Source: Bacteriovoracaceae bacterium
GTDB lineage: Bacteria; Bdellovibrionota; Bacteriovoracia; Bacteriovoracales; Bacteriovoracaceae
Direction of reading: 5' to 3'
DNA: 64,000 bases
NCBI GenBank assembly: GCA_041586955.1
Contig: JBFGZE010000004.1
Coordinates: 1-64,000, forward strand
A model generated the notes under the pieces. That model was not told the DNA's origin, did no database searches, and saw only the letters and a list, made by a program, of their open reading frames with translations. The position numbers and the translations under genes were made by a program. Each line of letters starts with the position of its first letter. The first letter of the stretch is position 1. Positions 60,011 to 64,000 of the stretch are shown here, one piece after another.

Positions 60011-63000
60011 TTAGTTAAAGGATTCTTCTTCATTATTTTCTTCTAATTTAACGTCAAGACAAAGTGCTTGAAGCTCTCTTAAAAGAACATTAAACGACTC
60101 TGGTAATCCAGGTTCAAGAACTTGTTCACCTTTAACGATGGACTCATACATTCTCGTTCTACCGATAACGTCATCAGACTTAACAGTTAAGAATTCCTGA
60201 AGGGTATAGGCAGCACCATAAGCTTCAAGTGCCCACACTTCCATTTCCCCAAGTCTCTGACCACCAAATTGGGCCTTACCACCAAGTGGCTGTTGAGTCA
60301 CAAGTGAATATGGTCCTGTTGAACGAGCATGAATTTTCTCGTCAACAAGGTGGTGCAGCTTAAGCATATACATGGTACCGACGGTCACTTCTTCAGCGAA
60401 GGCATCACCAGTACGGCCATCAAATAATGTTGTCTTACCTGATTCATCCAAATCAGCTAGCTTCAACATTTCTCTAATGTCTTTTTCTGATGCACCATCA
60501 AATACAGAAGTTGAAAAACGCACACCTGTTGCCAATTGCTCAGCAACTTCTCGAACGCGCTTATCGCTAGCCTTTTGTAACCAGGCCTTCGCTTCATCGT
60601 TTTTGTAGACACTATAGATAAAATCCTTAAGTGTATGGATCTCTTTTTGCTCTTCTAGCATCCACTTAATTTTCTCACCCAGGCCGCGACCGGCCCAACC
60701 GAGGTGGAGCTCAAGAAGCTGTCCAATATTCATACGCGAAGGAACACCAAGTGGGTTCAATACGATTTCAACAGGTGTACCATCAGCAAGGAAAGGCATG
60801 TCTTCCTGAGGAAGTACATTTGAAATAACCCCTTTGTTACCGTGACGACCGGCCATTTTATCACCAGGCTGTAATTTTCTCTTAATGGCCACATAGACCA
60901 TTACTTTCTTAATTACGCCTGGAGGTAGCTCGTCCCCTCTATTAAGAAGAGCGATTTCCTCGTTGGCCTTAGTTCTTACTCTATTGATTCTATTTCTAAT
61001 ATCAGCAAAGTATTCACCCAATTTTTCTTCTAGCGCTGGCTCTAATGGAATATACCCAATTAGTTCAAAAGGAATACCTTTTAAAACGTCATAAGTAAGC
61101 TCAGAGCCCTTGGCCAATAACTCAGTTGAACCGTCTTCTGAGACCAGCTTATCTGTTGTTTTGGCACCCTTAAGCATTTCTGCAATTCTCTTAATTGAAG
61201 AATTTTGGATCGCTTTAATTTCAATATGCTCGTCTCTTCTTACAAGAGTAGTATCGAGATCAATAATTTCCTTCATACGAGAATCAGGCTCAACACCTTC
61301 TCTTGTATAAACTTTTGCATCAATCACTGTACCGCGAACAGAGGATGGAACTCGTAAAGATGTATCTTTAACATCGCCTGCTTTATCACCAAAGATGGCC
61401 TTTAAAAGCTTTTCTTCTGGAGACAATTGAGTTTCACCTTTAGGTGTAATTTTACCAACAAGAATATCACCAGGCTTAATAATCGCACCGACACGAATAA
61501 TCCCAGCTTCATCGAGATCTTTCAGCGCCTCTTCAGATACGTTTGGAATATCACGAGTAATCTCTTCCTTTCCTAATTTTGTATCTCTTGCTTCAACTTC
61601 AAAGCTTTCAATATGAACCGATGTAAAGACATCCTGGGCCAACATTGACTCTGAAATCAAAATCGAATCTTCGTAGTTATAACCACCCCATGGCATGAAT
61701 GCGACAAGAACGTTTTGCCCTAATGCCAAATCACCCAATTGAGTGGCCGGACCATCACCAATAACCTGTCCTTTCTTAACGAAATCACCCTCTTTTACGA
61801 GCGCTTTTTGGTTATTACAGGTATTTTGGTTTGTGCGCTGATATTTAACGAGCTTGTAAATATCAACACCTGATTCGGTATCAGACACCTTATCTCTTTG
61901 GATAACAATTCTATTGGAGTCAACAAAAATAACTTTCCCATCAGCTTCGGCTATTAAAATAGCTCCAGAATCACGAGCAATAATATTTTCGATACCAGTA
62001 CCAACAATCGGGGCATCTGTTTTAACAACAGGAACCGCTTGCCTCATCATATTCGACCCCATTAAGGCACGGTTGGCATCATCGTGCTCTAAAAATGGGA
62101 TTAATGATGTTGCAATAGAAATCATTTGACTGGGGGAAACGTCCATCAACTCAACAGCAGAGGAATCAACAAGAATATATTCACCTGCAGCACGAGAAGG
62201 TACATGATCTCCAAATACTTTACCGTCTTTAATATGATCTTGATCGATCTGAGCAATTACTTTTTTCTCTTCTTCGAAAGCAGTAAAGTACTTAATTTCG
62301 CCGATAGAGCGGTCTTCATTTACAACAGAATATGGAGTTTCAATAAAGCCGTATTCTGAAACTTTCGCAAAAGTTGCAAGAGAAGTAATTAGACCAATAT
62401 TCGGTCCTTCAGGAGTCTCAACGGGACACATTCTTCCGTAGTGAGTACCGTGAACGTCACGAACCTCAAACCCTGCTCTTTCTCTAGTTAAACCGCCAGG
62501 CCCAAGGGCAGACAAACGACGCTTATGAGTTACCTCAGAAAGGGGATTTGTCTGATCCATAAACTGAGATAATTGAGATGAGCCAAAAAATTCTTTAACC
62601 GCTGCAGAAACAGGCTTTTGATTAACAAGATCGTAAGGCATCATTGTTTCAATTTCTTGAATTGCCATTCTCTCTCTTACAGCTCTCTCCATGCGAACTA
62701 AACCAACGCGAAATTGATTTTCTAATAGTTCACCAACAGCACGAACTCGCCGGTTACCGAGGTGATCGATATCATCGACCTTACCTTTACCATTATTAAG
62801 TTCAACAAGATAATCAACAGTTCTCAAAATATCGTCTTTTGTAAGGACTGTGTTCTCTACTGGAATTTCTAGACCAAACTTATAATTGATCTTCATACGA
62901 CCAACTTTAGAAAGGTCATACTTATCCGCATTAAAGAATAAACCATCAAAAAGTTTTTCTGCTGCTTCAAGCGCTGGCGGCTCACCAGGCCTTAATCTTT

Positions 63001-64000
63001 CGAAAATCTTAACAAGGGCTTCTTCACGGGAATCTGTTTTATCAAGAAGTAAGGTGTTTCTAATTTGATCACCATAATTGATCATATCAATATAAAGCGT
63101 CTTTATTTCAGTGACACCTGCAGTGATTAATTCCTGCATTTTCGCTTCACTTAGGGCCTCATTTGCCAAGCAAAGAACTTCACCTGTACTTTCGTCGAAA
63201 ATATCTTCCGCTACAACCTTGCCCACGATTTCTTCTAATTCAGCTGGAATTTCTTGAATACCAGCTTCATTCATTTTGCGAACAGAGGCATTTGTATATT
63301 TTTTACCACGCTTAACAAGCACCTTGCCTGTTTTTGGGTCAAGAATATCGTTAAAAGCTCTTGTCCCAGTCATAAGGCTAAAGTCTAATTTTCTTGTAAA
63401 GGTTCCGTCAGAGTTCATTGTAATAGTCTCATTTTTATAAAAACGAGATAATAAATCCTGAGTATTGAAACCCATTGCCTTTAAAACAACTGTTGCGTGT
63501 AGTTTTCTTTTTCTATCAATGCGAGCAAATAGAACATTTTTATGATCAAATTCAAAATCTAACCATGACCCTCTATGAGGGATAATTCTAGAGGAATAAA
63601 GTAGTTTTCCACTGGAATGCTTCTTGCCACTATCATGCTCAAAAATAATACCTGGAGAACGGTGCAACTGAGATACAATTACTCTCTCTGTACCATTATA
63701 AACAAATGATCCAGTAGCCGCCATAAGAGGAATATTGCCAAGATAGACTTCTTGTTCCTTGATGGATGAAACTGTTCTTTGCTCATTTCCGTCCTTGTCA
63801 ACCGTCACCTCGTAAAACACAAGTCGCACAACGACTTTTAAAGGTGCTTCGTAAGAAAGTCCTCTTTGACGACATTCCTTAACGGTGTACTTTGGAGTTT
63901 CCAATGAATAGCTTACAAACTCTAACGATACTGTTTTGTTAAAGTCGTAAATTGGAAATACGGATTTAAATACCCCTTGAAGACCTAGGTCCGCTCTTTT
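60011..64000 (-). CDS. rpoB: RNA polymerase beta subunit (5' end outside window)
   Basis: Frame open to the window edge ([17 protein letters not shown]...); [38 protein letters not shown]. Confidence 0.99.
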   Translation of the reverse strand, partial: KRADLGLQGVFKSVFPIYDFNKTVSLEFVSYSLETPKYTVKECRQRGLSYEAPLKVVVRLVFYEVTVDKDGNEQRTVSSIKEQEVYLGNIPLMAATGSFVYNGTERVIVSQLHRSPGIIFEHDSGKKHSSGKLLYSSRIIPHRGSWLDFEFDHKNVLFARIDRKRKLHATVVLKAMGFNTQDLLSRFYKNETITMNSDGTFTRKLDFSLMTGTRAFNDILDPKTGKVLVKRGKKYTNASVRKMNEAGIQEIPAELEEIVGKVVAEDIFDESTGEVLCLANEALSEAKMQELITAGVTEIKTLYIDMINYGDQIRNTLLLDKTDSREEALVKIFERLRPGEPPALEAAEKLFDGLFFNADKYDLSKVGRMKINYKFGLEIPVENTVLTKDDILRTVDYLVELNNGKGKVDDIDHLGNRRVRAVGELLENQFRVGLVRMERAVRERMAIQEIETMMPYDLVNQKPVSAAVKEFFGSSQLSQFMDQTNPLSEVTHKRRLSALGPGGLTRERAGFEVRDVHGTHYGRMCPVETPEGPNIGLITSLATFAKVSEYGFIETPYSVVNEDRSIGEIKYFTAFEEEKKVIAQIDQDHIKDGKVFGDHVPSRAAGEYILVDSSAVELMDVSPSQMISIATSLIPFLEHDDANRALMGSNMMRQAVPVVKTDAPIVGTGIENIIARDSGAILIAEADGKVIFVDSNRIVIQRDKVSDTESGVDIYKLVKYQRTNQNTCNNQKALVKEGDFVKKGQVIGDGPATQLGDLALGQNVLVAFMPWGGYNYEDSILISESMLAQDVFTSVHIESFEVEARDTKLGKEEITRDIPNVSEEALKDLDEAGIIRVGAIIKPGDILVGKITPKGETQLSPEEKLLKAIFGDKAGDVKDTSLRVPSSVRGTVIDAKVYTREGVEPDSRMKEIIDLDTTLVRRDEHIEIKAIQNSSIKRIAEMLKGAKTTDKLVSEDGSTELLAKGSELTYDVLKGIPFELIGYIPLEPALEEKLGEYFADIRNRINRVRTKANEEIALLNRGDELPPGVIKKVMVYVAIKRKLQPGDKMAGRHGNKGVISNVLPQEDMPFLADGTPVEIVLNPLGVPSRMNIGQLLELHLGWAGRGLGEKIKWMLEEQKEIHTLKDFIYSVYKNDEAKAWLQKASDKRVREVAEQLATGVRFSTSVFDGASEKDIREMLKLADLDESGKTTLFDGRTGDAFAEEVTVGTMYMLKLHHLVDEKIHARSTGPYSLVTQQPLGGKAQFGGQRLGEMEVWALEAYGAAYTLQEFLTVKSDDVIGRTRMYESIVKGEQVLEPGLPESFNVLLRELQALCLDVKLEENNEEESFN

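Noticed and set aside
62500..62600. rpoB rifampicin-resistance region (rpsL streptomycin sites also checked)
   Set aside because: Sequences read as wild type ([33 protein letters not shown] and RVKDLPG)
560..63068. Numerous 60-130 aa ORFs antisense to or frame-shifted within long genes (e.g. 2917-3312, 13649-13915, 16958-17176, 18276-18641, 50017-50379, 59186-59572)
   Set aside because: They overlap well-supported conserved genes and read as shadow translations (Ser/Phe/Pro-rich) with no family motifs

Overview
AT-rich bacterial chromosomal core region, most likely from a predatory Bdellovibrionota (Bacteriovoracia-like) organism. That assignment is an inference from RomR, the Tad-FHA cluster, a stand-alone mreB and an spd-type EF-G. 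From left to right: the 3' part of birA; a RomR-like polarity regulator; a tightly coupled six-gene minus-strand operon (lone TadC, DUF192, three membrane-anchored FHA proteins, atypical PP2C phosphatase) resembling the Tad-like Kil predation apparatus; nagZ; an amn-mreB-PilZ-lipoprotein unit in which AMP nucleosidase carries a histone-H1-like tail; an unannotated 33-aa highly basic ORF; an LpoA-like lipoprotein; hemW-grpE-dnaK-dnaJ without hrcA; an M16 peptidase; methylmalonyl-CoA mutase/meaB; speB-speA; hflKC appended to a three-subunit acyl-CoA carboxylase operon behind a PocR-like sigma-54 activator; a TlpA-like oxidoreductase; and the ribosomal superoperon (alpha, spc, S10, str, rpoC, 3' part of rpoB), which here lacks tuf, map and rpsD and has a divergent EF-G. 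No tRNA, rRNA, CRISPR array or mobile element was recognised. All calls come from reading motifs by eye; no database searches were run.
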